Of a stretch of DNA of 60,895 nt, positions 52,557 through 60,895 are shown in pieces; the first letter of the stretch is position 1; each line of letters starts with the position of its first letter. A program made the position numbers and the translations under genes. This stretch comes from Eubacteriales bacterium (GTDB lineage: Bacteria; Bacillota; Clostridia; Lachnospirales; Lachnospiraceae), in contig JAUNAX010000001.1 in the NCBI GenBank assembly GCA_030527365.1, forward strand, positions 1 through 60,895, read 5' to 3'. The notes under the pieces were generated by a model that was given only the letters and a program-made list of their open reading frames with translations, was not told where the DNA came from and did not search any database.

Positions 52557-53453
52557 TCAATGTAAAATGTCCAGATATTTTCCGTCAAGAACGTCTTTTA
52601 AATACTGTCCGTACTGATTCTTTTTCAGAACTTCATATACTTTTAATACGTCTTCTTTTGTAATCCAGCCGTTTAAGTAGGCAATTTCTTCAAGGCAGGC
52701 AATTTTTCTGTGCTGGTGGCTTTCCATTGTCTTTACAAAGTTTGTAGCCTCTACAAGGCTTTCGTGTGTACCTGTGTCAAGCCAGGTAAAGCCCTGACCT
52801 AAAAGCTCCACGTTCAGCTCGTTGTTTTCCAGATAAATTCTGTTTAAGTCTGTGATCTCAAGCTCGCCTCTTGCGCTTGGCTTTAAGTTTTTGGCATATT
52901 CTACTACGCGGTTATCGTAGAAATAAAGACCTGTGACGCAGTAGTTGCTTTTTGGCTGCTCCGGTTTTTCCTCGATAGAGACAGCCTTGCCTGCTTTGTC
53001 AAATTCCACAATTCCAAAACGCTCCGGGTCATCCACGTAGTAGCCGAATACAGTTGCGCCTTTTCCGGATTCTGCATTTTCCACTGCTGTTTTCAAACGC
53101 TTTTGCAGACCGTGTCCTGCGAAAATATTGTCGCCAAGAACCATAGCCACTGTGTCGTCTCCGATAAAATCCTCTCCGATAATAAATGCCTGTGCAAGTC
53201 CGTCCGGGCTTGGCTGTACTGCGTAGGTAAGGTTTACGCCAAACTGATGACCGTCTCCTAAAAGTTCCTGGAAACGAGGGGTATCCTGAGGTGTGGAAAT
53301 GATGAGAATGTCACGGATACCTGCGTTCATGAGAACGGACATGGGGTAATAAATCATTGGTTTGTCGTAGATGGGGAGAAGCTGCTTTGATGTTACCATA
53401 GTCAGTGGATAAAGGCGTGTTCCGGAGCCTCCCGCTAAAATGATTCCTTTCAT
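52557..53453 (-). CDS. rmlA: Glucose-1-phosphate thymidylyltransferase
   Basis: [33 protein letters not shown]; ATG 53453. Confidence 0.97.
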   Translation of the reverse strand: MKGIILAGGSGTRLYPLTMVTSKQLLPIYDKPMIYYPMSVLMNAGIRDILIISTPQDTPRFQELLGDGHQFGVNLTYAVQPSPDGLAQAFIIGEDFIGDDTVAMVLGDNIFAGHGLQKRLKTAVENAESGKGATVFGYYVDDPERFGIVEFDKAGKAVSIEEKPEQPKSNYCVTGLYFYDNRVVEYAKNLKPSARGELEITDLNRIYLENNELNVELLGQGFTWLDTGTHESLVEATNFVKTMESHQHRKIACLEEIAYLNGWITKEDVLKVYEVLKKNQYGQYLKDVLDGKYLDILH

Positions 53454-53509
53454 AATAACTCCTTTCACAATCATATTTGTCTTTTTGCGATTCCTTATGT
53501 TGTAATTGT

Positions 53510-53540
53510 ATTATAAAAGGTAACCTAAGGTTACCTTCAA
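53510..53540 (-). promoter_or_regulatory. MerR-type promoter/operator of rmlABD
   Basis: TTGAAG-19bp-TATAAT on minus strand; perfect palindrome AAGGTAACCT-A-AGGTTACCTT (53517-53537) fills the spacer. Confidence 0.8.
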
Positions 53541-53569
53541 GCGCTTTTTAATAAATTTGTAAAATTTGG

Positions 53570-54751
53570 TTAATTTGCACAAACAAAAATACCGGCGTCC
53601 TTTGTAACAGAAAAGCCATTTTTTGTTTTTTTAGATACAAAAGAGCGAAATTCCTTATAATGCTCCAGAATATACTGATTCTGATTTCCGTGGCAGGAGA
53701 GAATATAGGAAATCAGAGGCTCTGCTTCGGGAATAAAAAGAGAATCCTCGTAAGAAATCCAGCTTACTTCTGAAAAGAAAGGGGAGAGGATTTCCGCTCC
53801 GTTTTCCCTGCCAAATTTTTCATATAGCTTATCGGCAGATAACACAATCCGTTCGTCAAAGCTCTGAACAAGACTGCTGACCTCCTGCATATGTTTTTTT
53901 CCGTAGGTGCTGCAGATAAAACGTCCGCCGGGTTTTAGAACCCGTTTGATTTCCCTGCACACAGAAGGGAGATTTTCACAGTAAAAAAGTACATGATTGG
54001 CGATTACAAGGTCAAAGGAGGAAGCTTCAAAAGGAATTTTCCTACAGTCAAATCTCCGGTAGGAAAAACGTCTGTCAGAAGCGCCTGTCGCTCTTCTGGC
54101 ATCGCGGAGCATTCCCTCTGAGATGTCAGAAAGTGTAACGGAAATGTTTTGTGGAAGCCGGGCAAGATTTTCTGTCCACAAAGCGCCGTCTCCGCAGCCA
54201 ACCTCCAGAACTTTCATGGAAGGTCTGATTTTGCACTGCCTGTAAATCCAGGGAAACCACCCCTCCTTATTTTGAGAATACAGGCTGTGAAGGCTAATCC
54301 TTGCGGAGATATTGGAAGCATTCTGATACTGGTTTTTCATGCTTTTTTCCATATTTGTAAGATGAATCAGGTTCAGCATATTGCTCCAGTCAATGGTGTG
54401 TTCTGTCTGTATGGCGCTGGCAGTATCTTCAATAGCTTTTTCCACAAGCTGCATCTGCTCGATTTTATCTTTTACAAGTTTAAGCTGAATATTCAGGGAA
54501 TTGAGCATAAAGTGATAATCGGAATCGTCAATGGTCATTTCCCGTATGTCATCAAGGGAAAAGCCAAGATATTTCAGGAGAAGGATCTGCTGAAGCCGGG
54601 CAAAGTCCTCATCTGTATAAAACCGTGCGCCTGCCTCTGTCACAAAGGAGGGCTTCAAAATATCCTGCTTGTCATAATAGCGAATGGTCCGCAGGGTAAC
54701 ATGTGCCATTCTGGCAAATTCGCCGGAAGAATAATAACCGTCTTTTTTCAT
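53570..54751 (-). CDS. MerR-family regulator fused to class I SAM-dependent methyltransferase domain
   Basis: GEFARMAHVTLRTIRYYDKQDILKP HTH, coiled coil, VLEVGCGDG motif I, FDLVIANHVL, RVLKPGG; ATG 54751. Confidence 0.9.
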   Translation of the reverse strand: MKKDGYYSSGEFARMAHVTLRTIRYYDKQDILKPSFVTEAGARFYTDEDFARLQQILLLKYLGFSLDDIREMTIDDSDYHFMLNSLNIQLKLVKDKIEQMQLVEKAIEDTASAIQTEHTIDWSNMLNLIHLTNMEKSMKNQYQNASNISARISLHSLYSQNKEGWFPWIYRQCKIRPSMKVLEVGCGDGALWTENLARLPQNISVTLSDISEGMLRDARRATGASDRRFSYRRFDCRKIPFEASSFDLVIANHVLFYCENLPSVCREIKRVLKPGGRFICSTYGKKHMQEVSSLVQSFDERIVLSADKLYEKFGRENGAEILSPFFSEVSWISYEDSLFIPEAEPLISYILSCHGNQNQYILEHYKEFRSFVSKKTKNGFSVTKDAGIFVCAN

Positions 54752-54784
54752 AATAAAACTCCGTTTCTGAAAACTTCTTTTTTT

Positions 54785-54813
54785 ATTATAGAAGGAACAG
54801 AAAGAAGAAGCAA
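54785..54813 (-). promoter_or_regulatory. sigmaA promoter of merR-methyltransferase
   Basis: TTGCTT-17bp-TATAAT on minus strand. Confidence 0.7.
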
Positions 54814-54906
54814 CAGAGAAATTGAAGGTTCTTTCCGGCAAAGAAAACAATACAATAATATAGAAGGGACACTTGTCTCAAAGATACGGAAAACAGGAGG
54901 TTTCCC

Positions 54907-55656
54907 ATGAATTTATTTGATTTCACATATTGCGGAAATTATAATCGTCAGATTCAGTGCCTTGCAAGAATGGCGCCGGAAAAATGGAGCTTTGGAGACG
55001 CGGAGGATAACGGAATATTAAAAGGGTATCTGGAACAGACTTTTCGAAGGCTGCATGAGGAGAAAAAAGTTCTGGAAGAAGAAAAATACGCAGTTTTTAA
55101 TACAGGATTATTTAATTATTATTATCAGCCTATTTATGCTTATTTTGTGCCAAACCTCATACCAGGGAGACAGAAGTGGTTTCTGGAAGGGTTTTATACG
55201 GAGTATCATCTTCTGAAAATAAAAGCGGTAAAGCTTCCGGAAAAAGCCCAGTATGTAAAAGACCCGTCCGATCTTGTCTTTGATACTTCCATTCCTGTGG
55301 TACCGCAGTATGAGCATATATTCGGGGAAGAAGAAAATGCAGGACGTCTGCCGGAGCGTGTGCGAAAAAGCACCATGAGAGTACAGCTTTTTGATGGGGC
55401 GCTAAAGCAGACGAGACGTATGCTGGAGGCGGATTATAAAACTGCCATTCCCCAATATTACAATCACGGTATTCAGCTTTTGCTTCCCATCTGCCTGCAA
55501 AGTCCGGGAAAGCCGGATCTTGCGCTGGCATGTATGAAAACGGCAGACGGTTCCAGGTATCTTGGAAGAACCTGTCTGACCTTAAAAATGGCGTATCACA
55601 ATGCGCGGCTTCTTGCACGCCTTGACAGTTCCTGGTTAAAGCCCCAGGCGTCCTGA
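54907..55656 (+). CDS. DUF3825-domain protein
   Basis: LARMAPEKW, FNTGL, AIPQYY, QLLLP, TCLTLKMAYHNARL recalled as DUF3825 motifs. Confidence 0.75.
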   Translation: MNLFDFTYCGNYNRQIQCLARMAPEKWSFGDAEDNGILKGYLEQTFRRLHEEKKVLEEEKYAVFNTGLFNYYYQPIYAYFVPNLIPGRQKWFLEGFYTEYHLLKIKAVKLPEKAQYVKDPSDLVFDTSIPVVPQYEHIFGEEENAGRLPERVRKSTMRVQLFDGALKQTRRMLEADYKTAIPQYYNHGIQLLLPICLQSPGKPDLALACMKTADGSRYLGRTCLTLKMAYHNARLLARLDSSWLKPQAS

Positions 55657-55659
55657 ATA

Positions 55660-55688
55660 TTGACATGAAAAAAATCCTTTGCTATACT
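55660..55688 (+). promoter_or_regulatory. sigmaA promoter of acyltransferase
   Basis: TTGACA-17bp-TATACT with extended TG. Confidence 0.8.
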
Positions 55689-55722
55689 ACCCTGAAAAAC
55701 AGGGAGGAAGTTTCAGGATTTT

Positions 55723-56730
55723 ATGAGAAATCACGTATTAGATGCAGAAAAAGCAGTGGCAGCCTATATGGTAGTATTTCTTCATCTTCACTTTCCGGGA
55801 ATGACAGGGGAGATTTTTAATGCGGCTGCGAGATTTGCAGTTCCTTTTTTCTTTATGATTTCAGGATATTTTTGCTGGAGAAAAGATGGAAATGCAGGAA
55901 TGCGTATTCCAGGAAAAATCAGGCATACGTTTTTCTTATGCGTCACTTCTTTTGGCTTTTATATTGTGTGGGAGGGGATTTTGCACATAATAGAAGGAAA
56001 ATCGCTGGTTTTATGGTTTCAGGAACTTTTTGAAAAAGAAAATATCAGGAATTTTTTATACTACAACAATACAACGGATATAAAGTGGCATCTCTGGTTT
56101 CTGCCTGCGCTTCTGTACTGTTATATATTATTCTTGGCGGCGGAAAAGCTTCGTGTGCAAAAACTGGCAGAATTTTTGATTCCTGTTCTACTGCTCCGGC
56201 ATTTTTATATGGAAGAAGCAGCCGTATTTATGGGAAAGGAATACCGGGTAATGGAATTTCGAAATTACTTATACACAGGTTTTCCCTTCTTTATGGCTGG
56301 ATACTGGGTACACAGGCATCAGGAAACTCTGAAAAAATATCTGAAAAACAGTATGATATATCTGGGAATTGCCCTGGGAATCGTTCTTTCTGTAGGGGAA
56401 TATTTCTTCCTGGGACAGATGGAGCTTTTTACAGGCTCGGTTATTCTCACGTTCAGCCTGTTTTTCCTGGGAGTTATAAAAGAAAGGGGAAAAGCGCCGT
56501 CCTTTCTTGCGGAAATTGGCGTCAAATATTCCTTTTTTATCTATCTCTTTCATCTGGCGGTGGCAGATGTTATAAAAGATGTGGCGGTTTTTGCAGGAAT
56601 TGAAAAGAATACGATTTATCTGTGGCTGTATCCTCTTCTTACAGCGTTTTTGACAACGGCTCTTGCAGTACTGATAAAAGGAGTGCAGAGAAGGGGCGTT
56701 CACAGGTTTTGCACAGAAAAACAGGGGTAA
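55723..56730 (+). CDS. Acyltransferase family 3 (OafA/WecH-like O-acetyltransferase)
   Basis: MVVFLH, RFAVPFFFMISGYF, HLWFL, IYLFH; multiple TMs. Confidence 0.88.
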   Translation: MRNHVLDAEKAVAAYMVVFLHLHFPGMTGEIFNAAARFAVPFFFMISGYFCWRKDGNAGMRIPGKIRHTFFLCVTSFGFYIVWEGILHIIEGKSLVLWFQELFEKENIRNFLYYNNTTDIKWHLWFLPALLYCYILFLAAEKLRVQKLAEFLIPVLLLRHFYMEEAAVFMGKEYRVMEFRNYLYTGFPFFMAGYWVHRHQETLKKYLKNSMIYLGIALGIVLSVGEYFFLGQMELFTGSVILTFSLFFLGVIKERGKAPSFLAEIGVKYSFFIYLFHLAVADVIKDVAVFAGIEKNTIYLWLYPLLTAFLTTALAVLIKGVQRRGVHRFCTEKQG

Positions 56731-56837
56731 TCCCCTGTTCATAAAAGGAAAAATGTGCTATGATAATGCAGGGATTGCCGGAGCGGGCGATTCCCGCATT
56801 ATGATTCAATGAGTATACAATAGATGGAGGTTACATC

Positions 56838-57587
56838 ATGCTGGAATTAAGGAATATTTCTTTTCAGGTTCCGGACGAGAGGTCCAGGAATCAGAAGGAA
56901 AAGGGAATCTTAAAAGATGTAAGTATGACACTGGAGGATAATAAATTTGTAGTTATCACAGGGCCAAATGGAGGAGGAAAATCCACACTTGCAAAAATTA
57001 TTGCAGGTATTGAGAAGCCAACCTCAGGTCAGCTTCTATGGGATGGACAGGATATTACAGATATGAGTATTACAGACAGGGCGAAGCTTGGAATCAGTTA
57101 CGCGTTCCAGCAGCCGGTCCGTTTTAAGGGAGTGACAGTATTTGATCTGATCCGTCTTGCGGCAGGAAAAGACATTTCCGTGACAGACGCCTGTCAGTAC
57201 CTTTCAAAGGTAGGGCTCTGTGCAAAGGATTATATAAAGAGAGAAGTAAATGGAAGCCTTTCCGGAGGAGAAATCAAACGAATTGAGATTGCAACGATCA
57301 TGGCAAGAAAAACAAGAGTCTCTGTTTTTGATGAACCGGAGGCTGGAATAGATTTATGGAGCTTCCAGAATCTGATCCAGGTGTTTGAAGAAATGCACAG
57401 TCAGCTTCACGGCTCTATTTTAATTATTTCTCACCAGGAGCGCATTCTGGACATTGCAGATGAAATCCTTTTAATTGCAGACGGAGAGCTGAGAGAAAAA
57501 GGTACAAAGGAAGAAATGATGCCAAAACTTCTTGGAACTGCAAACGCAGCGGCAATGGGCTGCAAAAAATTAACCGGGGAGAAATAG
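56838..57587 (+). CDS. SufC/SmsC-like ABC ATPase
   Basis: GPNGGGKST, LSGGEIKRIE, FDEPEAGIDL, ISH. Confidence 0.85.
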   Translation: MLELRNISFQVPDERSRNQKEKGILKDVSMTLEDNKFVVITGPNGGGKSTLAKIIAGIEKPTSGQLLWDGQDITDMSITDRAKLGISYAFQQPVRFKGVTVFDLIRLAAGKDISVTDACQYLSKVGLCAKDYIKREVNGSLSGGEIKRIEIATIMARKTRVSVFDEPEAGIDLWSFQNLIQVFEEMHSQLHGSILIISHQERILDIADEILLIADGELREKGTKEEMMPKLLGTANAAAMGCKKLTGEK

Positions 57588-57597
57588 GAGGAGCAGG

Positions 57598-58515
57598 ATG
57601 GACACAATACAGAAAGATTTACTGGAGGCAGTATCCGGACTGCATGAAATTCCGGCAGGAGCATATAACATAAGAGCAAACGGGGCAAGCGTGGAGAGAG
57701 GCTGCACAGAAAATATTCAGATTGTCACAAAGGAAGATAAAAGCGGAATAGAAATCCACATTAAACAGGGAACGAAGCATGAGAGCGTTCACATTCCCGT
57801 TATTTTAAGCCAGTCCGGTCTTGAGGAGGTTGTATACAACGACTTTTATATCGGAGAGGGCGCAGACGTTACCATTATAGCAGGCTGTGGAATCCATAAC
57901 AGCGGAGATGCGGCGAGCCGCCATGATGGGATCCACCGTTTTTTTGTGGAGAAAAATGCACATATTAAATATGTAGAAAAACATTATGGGAGCGGTGATG
58001 GAAAAGGGGAGCGCATTATGAACCCTGTAACAGAAATCTACCTTGGAGAAGACAGCTTCATGGAGATGGATACTGCACAGATCCGTGGCGTGGATTCTAC
58101 AAACAGGGGAAACAAGGCGCATTTAAAGGACGGCGCAAAGCTCGTAGTAATGGAACGCCTCATGACCCACGGAACACAAAGAGCAGAGAGTCATTTTGAT
58201 GTGCAGCTTGACGGGGAGGACTGTTCAGCAAACGTAGTGTCCCGCTCTGTTGCAAGAGACAGCTCCTATCAGCTTTTTGAATCTCATATCTGTGGAAATA
58301 ACAGATGTAATGGACATACAGAGTGTGACGCCATCATTATGGACGATGCAAAAATAAGCGCAATACCGGAGCTTTCTGCGAACCATGTAGATGCTGCCCT
58401 GATCCATGAAGCTGCCATCGGAAAAATTGCAGGAGAGCAGCTGATTAAACTTATGACACTCGGTCTTACAGAGGCAGAGGCGGAAGAACAGATTATCAGC
58501 GGATTTTTAAAGTAG
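57598..58515 (+). CDS. SufB/SufD (SmsB)-like Fe-S scaffold
   Basis: GHTECDAII, IPEL, HEAAIGKI, QLIKLMTLGL. Confidence 0.85.
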   Translation: MDTIQKDLLEAVSGLHEIPAGAYNIRANGASVERGCTENIQIVTKEDKSGIEIHIKQGTKHESVHIPVILSQSGLEEVVYNDFYIGEGADVTIIAGCGIHNSGDAASRHDGIHRFFVEKNAHIKYVEKHYGSGDGKGERIMNPVTEIYLGEDSFMEMDTAQIRGVDSTNRGNKAHLKDGAKLVVMERLMTHGTQRAESHFDVQLDGEDCSANVVSRSVARDSSYQLFESHICGNNRCNGHTECDAIIMDDAKISAIPELSANHVDAALIHEAAIGKIAGEQLIKLMTLGLTEAEAEEQIISGFLK

Positions 58516-58524
58516 GAGAAGCAT

Positions 58525-59286
58525 ATGGCAGAGGAAAAGCAGAAAAAAACGGGGGAAGAGGAAAAAGAAAAAAATGCAGTGCCGCAGAACAGTATTGCCA
58601 GAATGTATCTGAACGAGGAAGAGCGCAAAGAAGAGAAGAAAGAACATAAGAAAAGCCTTGTGGATATGACGGCAAAAGAAAAGCGTCTTCTGGAAAAAGA
58701 GAAGATAAAGGAAATGAGCTTTAAGAAAAGAATGGAGTACTTTTTTATGTATTACAAGTGGGTTCCCATTCTGATTATCGGTGTGATTATTGCGGCAGTA
58801 GGCGGTTATAGCTGGTATGAACACGCGAAAATAGAAAATGTGCTTTCTGTAGTAGCGGTAAATACCATGACGCAGGATTTTACGGAAAGACAGGAAGAAA
58901 TCCGAAAAACGATCGGAAAAGAAGGAAAGTATGATTCCGTTTCCATTCTCAGTAATTTTGCTACGGATCCGGAAGGAAAAGATTTTGAGTACCGGTCTCA
59001 GATGGCATTTATGGCACAGATGCAGGCAGGCGCTCTTGATGTTATGATTATGCCGGAATCCATGTACAGGACGGAAAGTAAGAAGGGGATTCTGGAAAAT
59101 ATGGGAACCGTTCTGGGAGAGGATTATAAAAAATTTGACGGATATGAAAACGGAGACTGCGTTATCATCAAGGATAAAGAGTTTATAGAGGATTACGGTC
59201 TTGTATATGGTGAGGCTTACATATGTGTGTTGAAAAATTCTCTGAATCAGGAGAATGCAGCCAAATGGATTTTATCTCTTGAGTAA
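58525..59286 (+). CDS. Hypothetical single-TM membrane protein
   Basis: Charged N-terminus, YYKW plus TM helix, extracellular domain with AGALDVMIMP. Confidence 0.6.
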   Translation: MAEEKQKKTGEEEKEKNAVPQNSIARMYLNEEERKEEKKEHKKSLVDMTAKEKRLLEKEKIKEMSFKKRMEYFFMYYKWVPILIIGVIIAAVGGYSWYEHAKIENVLSVVAVNTMTQDFTERQEEIRKTIGKEGKYDSVSILSNFATDPEGKDFEYRSQMAFMAQMQAGALDVMIMPESMYRTESKKGILENMGTVLGEDYKKFDGYENGDCVIIKDKEFIEDYGLVYGEAYICVLKNSLNQENAAKWILSLE

Positions 59287-59306
59287 GAAGCTGCGGAATA
59301 CAGTAT

Positions 59307-59353
59307 AAAAAAGAAGAATCACTTCTGGATAGCGGAAGGATTCTTCTTTTTTT
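59307..59353. terminator. Bidirectional terminator
   Basis: AAAAAAGAAGAATC...GATTCTTCTTTTTT. Confidence 0.85.
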
Positions 59354-59354
59354 G

Positions 59355-60737
59355 CTATTTATGAAAATATTCTTTTACAAGCTTTACGACGGTTCCGGAC
59401 AGAAGGAACAGGGCGATCAGGTTTGGAATTGCCATAAGTCCGTTAAAGGTCTCTGCAATGCTCCAGAGAAGTCCAAGATCCATAGTTGCACCAAGAATGG
59501 CAACAAGAGAATACACGATCATAAACGGGCGAAGTACTTTTACAGAGAAGAGAAATTCAATACATCTTGCCCCATAAAGTCCCCAGCCGATAATTGTGGA
59601 AAAGGCGAAGCAGCACATTGCCACTGCTGTGAAAACAGATACCCAGTTTCCGTATGTGGCAGTAAAGCCGGAGATAGTAAGCTCTGCGCCTGCGTCTGTT
59701 CCATATGGAACAGAAACGCCGCTTACAAGAATTACAAGAGCGGTCAGAGTACAGATAACAATGGTATCTGCGAATACTTCAAAGATACCAAAAAGTCCCT
59801 GTTTTACCGGTTCGTTTGTATCTGCGCAGGCGTGGGCGATGGATCCGGTACCAAGACCTGCCTCATTTGAAAAAATACCTCTTGAGACGCCTTTTTTCAT
59901 ACTGAGGAAGAAACTTCCCACAATGCCGCCGGTTACTGCGGAGGGATTGAAGGCTCCGTGGATAATGGAGGCGAATACAGAAGGAACCTTTTCAATATTG
60001 AAAAGGACAACACCAAGAGAAAGCCCGATGTAAAGGACAGCCATAAAAGGTACAAGCTTTTCTGTCACTTTGCCAATTCGTTTGACGCCGCCTAAAAGGA
60101 CAAGCCCTACGATTATGGCGATAGCGATTCCAAGCACCAGATTTACTGTTTTGACAGAATCCGGCGAAATTAAATGATAATTTAAAAGTGCGGTGTTAAT
60201 GGCAGTTGTAATGGTATTGACCTGTGTGGCATTGCCTGTTCCGAAAACGGTGAGAATACCGAAAACGGAAAAGAGAACAGCCAGCCAGTGCCAGTTTTTG
60301 GAAAGTCCGTTTTTTATGTAGTACATAGGACCGCCTACATAATCGCCGTGGGCATTTCGCTCACGGAAATGGACTGCAAGAGTGACCTCTGAAAATTTGG
60401 TACACATTCCCAGAAAGGCGGAAATCCACATCCAGAATACAGCTCCCGGTCCTCCGATGGCAATGGCTCCTGCAACTCCGGCAATGTTTCCTGTGCCTAC
60501 AGTTGCGGCAAGGGCAGTACAGACTGCCTGAAATGGCGTCATAGTGCCGTCTGAGGAATCTTTTTTGCTGAAGATCCTTCCAATCGTTGTTTTAATTGCA
60601 TAGGGGAATTTTCGAATTTGAATAAAGCGTGTGCCGATACTTAAATAAAGACCAACGCCGATAATACAGATCATGGCAGGAACACCCCAGATAAAACTAT
60701 TCACTGCGCCGTTAATATTTTTTATCAGTTCTAACAT
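59355..60737 (-). CDS. Alanine/glycine:cation symporter (AGCS family)
   Basis: ATVGTGNIAGVA, GGPGAVFWMW, GGPMYY, RGIFSNEAGLG, NGLMAIPN. Confidence 0.93.
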   Translation of the reverse strand: MLELIKNINGAVNSFIWGVPAMICIIGVGLYLSIGTRFIQIRKFPYAIKTTIGRIFSKKDSSDGTMTPFQAVCTALAATVGTGNIAGVAGAIAIGGPGAVFWMWISAFLGMCTKFSEVTLAVHFRERNAHGDYVGGPMYYIKNGLSKNWHWLAVLFSVFGILTVFGTGNATQVNTITTAINTALLNYHLISPDSVKTVNLVLGIAIAIIVGLVLLGGVKRIGKVTEKLVPFMAVLYIGLSLGVVLFNIEKVPSVFASIIHGAFNPSAVTGGIVGSFFLSMKKGVSRGIFSNEAGLGTGSIAHACADTNEPVKQGLFGIFEVFADTIVICTLTALVILVSGVSVPYGTDAGAELTISGFTATYGNWVSVFTAVAMCCFAFSTIIGWGLYGARCIEFLFSVKVLRPFMIVYSLVAILGATMDLGLLWSIAETFNGLMAIPNLIALFLLSGTVVKLVKEYFHK

Positions 60738-60828
60738 ATTTTTTCTCCTTTAGAGCAATAACGTGTTATAATCATACCATGATTTATGGAAAAAGTATAT
60801 AAAAAAGTGAAAAGGAGAAAAAGCGGCT

Positions 60829-60895
60829 ATGAAAATAATTGCCCGTGTAAAAAGTGATTTTCCTGTAAAATTCGGGATTCCCAGGCAGAGCGGAA
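60829..60895 (+). CDS. tsaA: tRNA m6t6A37 methyltransferase TsaA/TrmO (5' fragment, truncated by window end)
   Basis: MKIIARVKSDFPVKFGIPRQSG matches the KFGIPRQ signature. Confidence 0.75.
   Translation, partial: MKIIARVKSDFPVKFGIPRQSG

Noticed and set aside
54149-54910. 253-aa plus-strand ORF opposite the MerR-methyltransferase
   Set aside because: Fully overlaps a well-supported gene and its promoter; no motifs.
60738-60828. Glycine riboswitch upstream of the alanine/glycine symporter
   Set aside because: The intergenic region is only ~90 bp, AT-rich, and lacks the aptamer motifs.

Overview
A 60.9-kb chromosomal window from a low-GC Firmicute. The gene content (DUF5717/DUF5716, extended L22, sigG) suggests a spore-forming Lachnospiraceae/Blautia-like gut anaerobe (inference). 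Positions 1.4-14.0 kb hold the S10-spc ribosomal protein cluster (rpsJ to rplO, secY, adk, map, infA). It has a structured S10 leader and ends at a terminator, without the alpha-operon genes. Next come a sigmaA-type operon (DUF5717-like protein, degenerate Hsp70-like DUF5716 protein, TPR protein, dinB) and a divergent LysR plus aromatic amino acid (tryptophan-type) decarboxylase. These are followed by sigG/HAD/ylmC/nrdR, TPP riboswitch-thiC, gdhA/alaA/citrate synthase, efp, an ECF sigma/anti-sigma pair and tRNA-Thr(CGT). The right half holds an M20 amidohydrolase-potABCD-EI paralog-DUF362 run, a cpsD-cpsB-cpsC-Ig-LCP module converging on rmlA-B-D, a MerR-methyltransferase fusion, DUF3825, an acyltransferase, a minimal SufC-SufB pair, an alanine symporter and the start of tsaA. 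I saw no mobile element or CRISPR array. The best candidates for undescribed systems are (1) a textbook MerR-type promoter (19-bp spacer, perfect 10-1-10 palindrome) in front of rmlA-B-D, next to a MerR-SAM-methyltransferase fusion, and (2) the cytoplasmic Ig/TPR scaffold + lidless pseudo-Hsp70 + TPR triad coupled to dinB. All family assignments come from motif recognition and memory, not from database searches.
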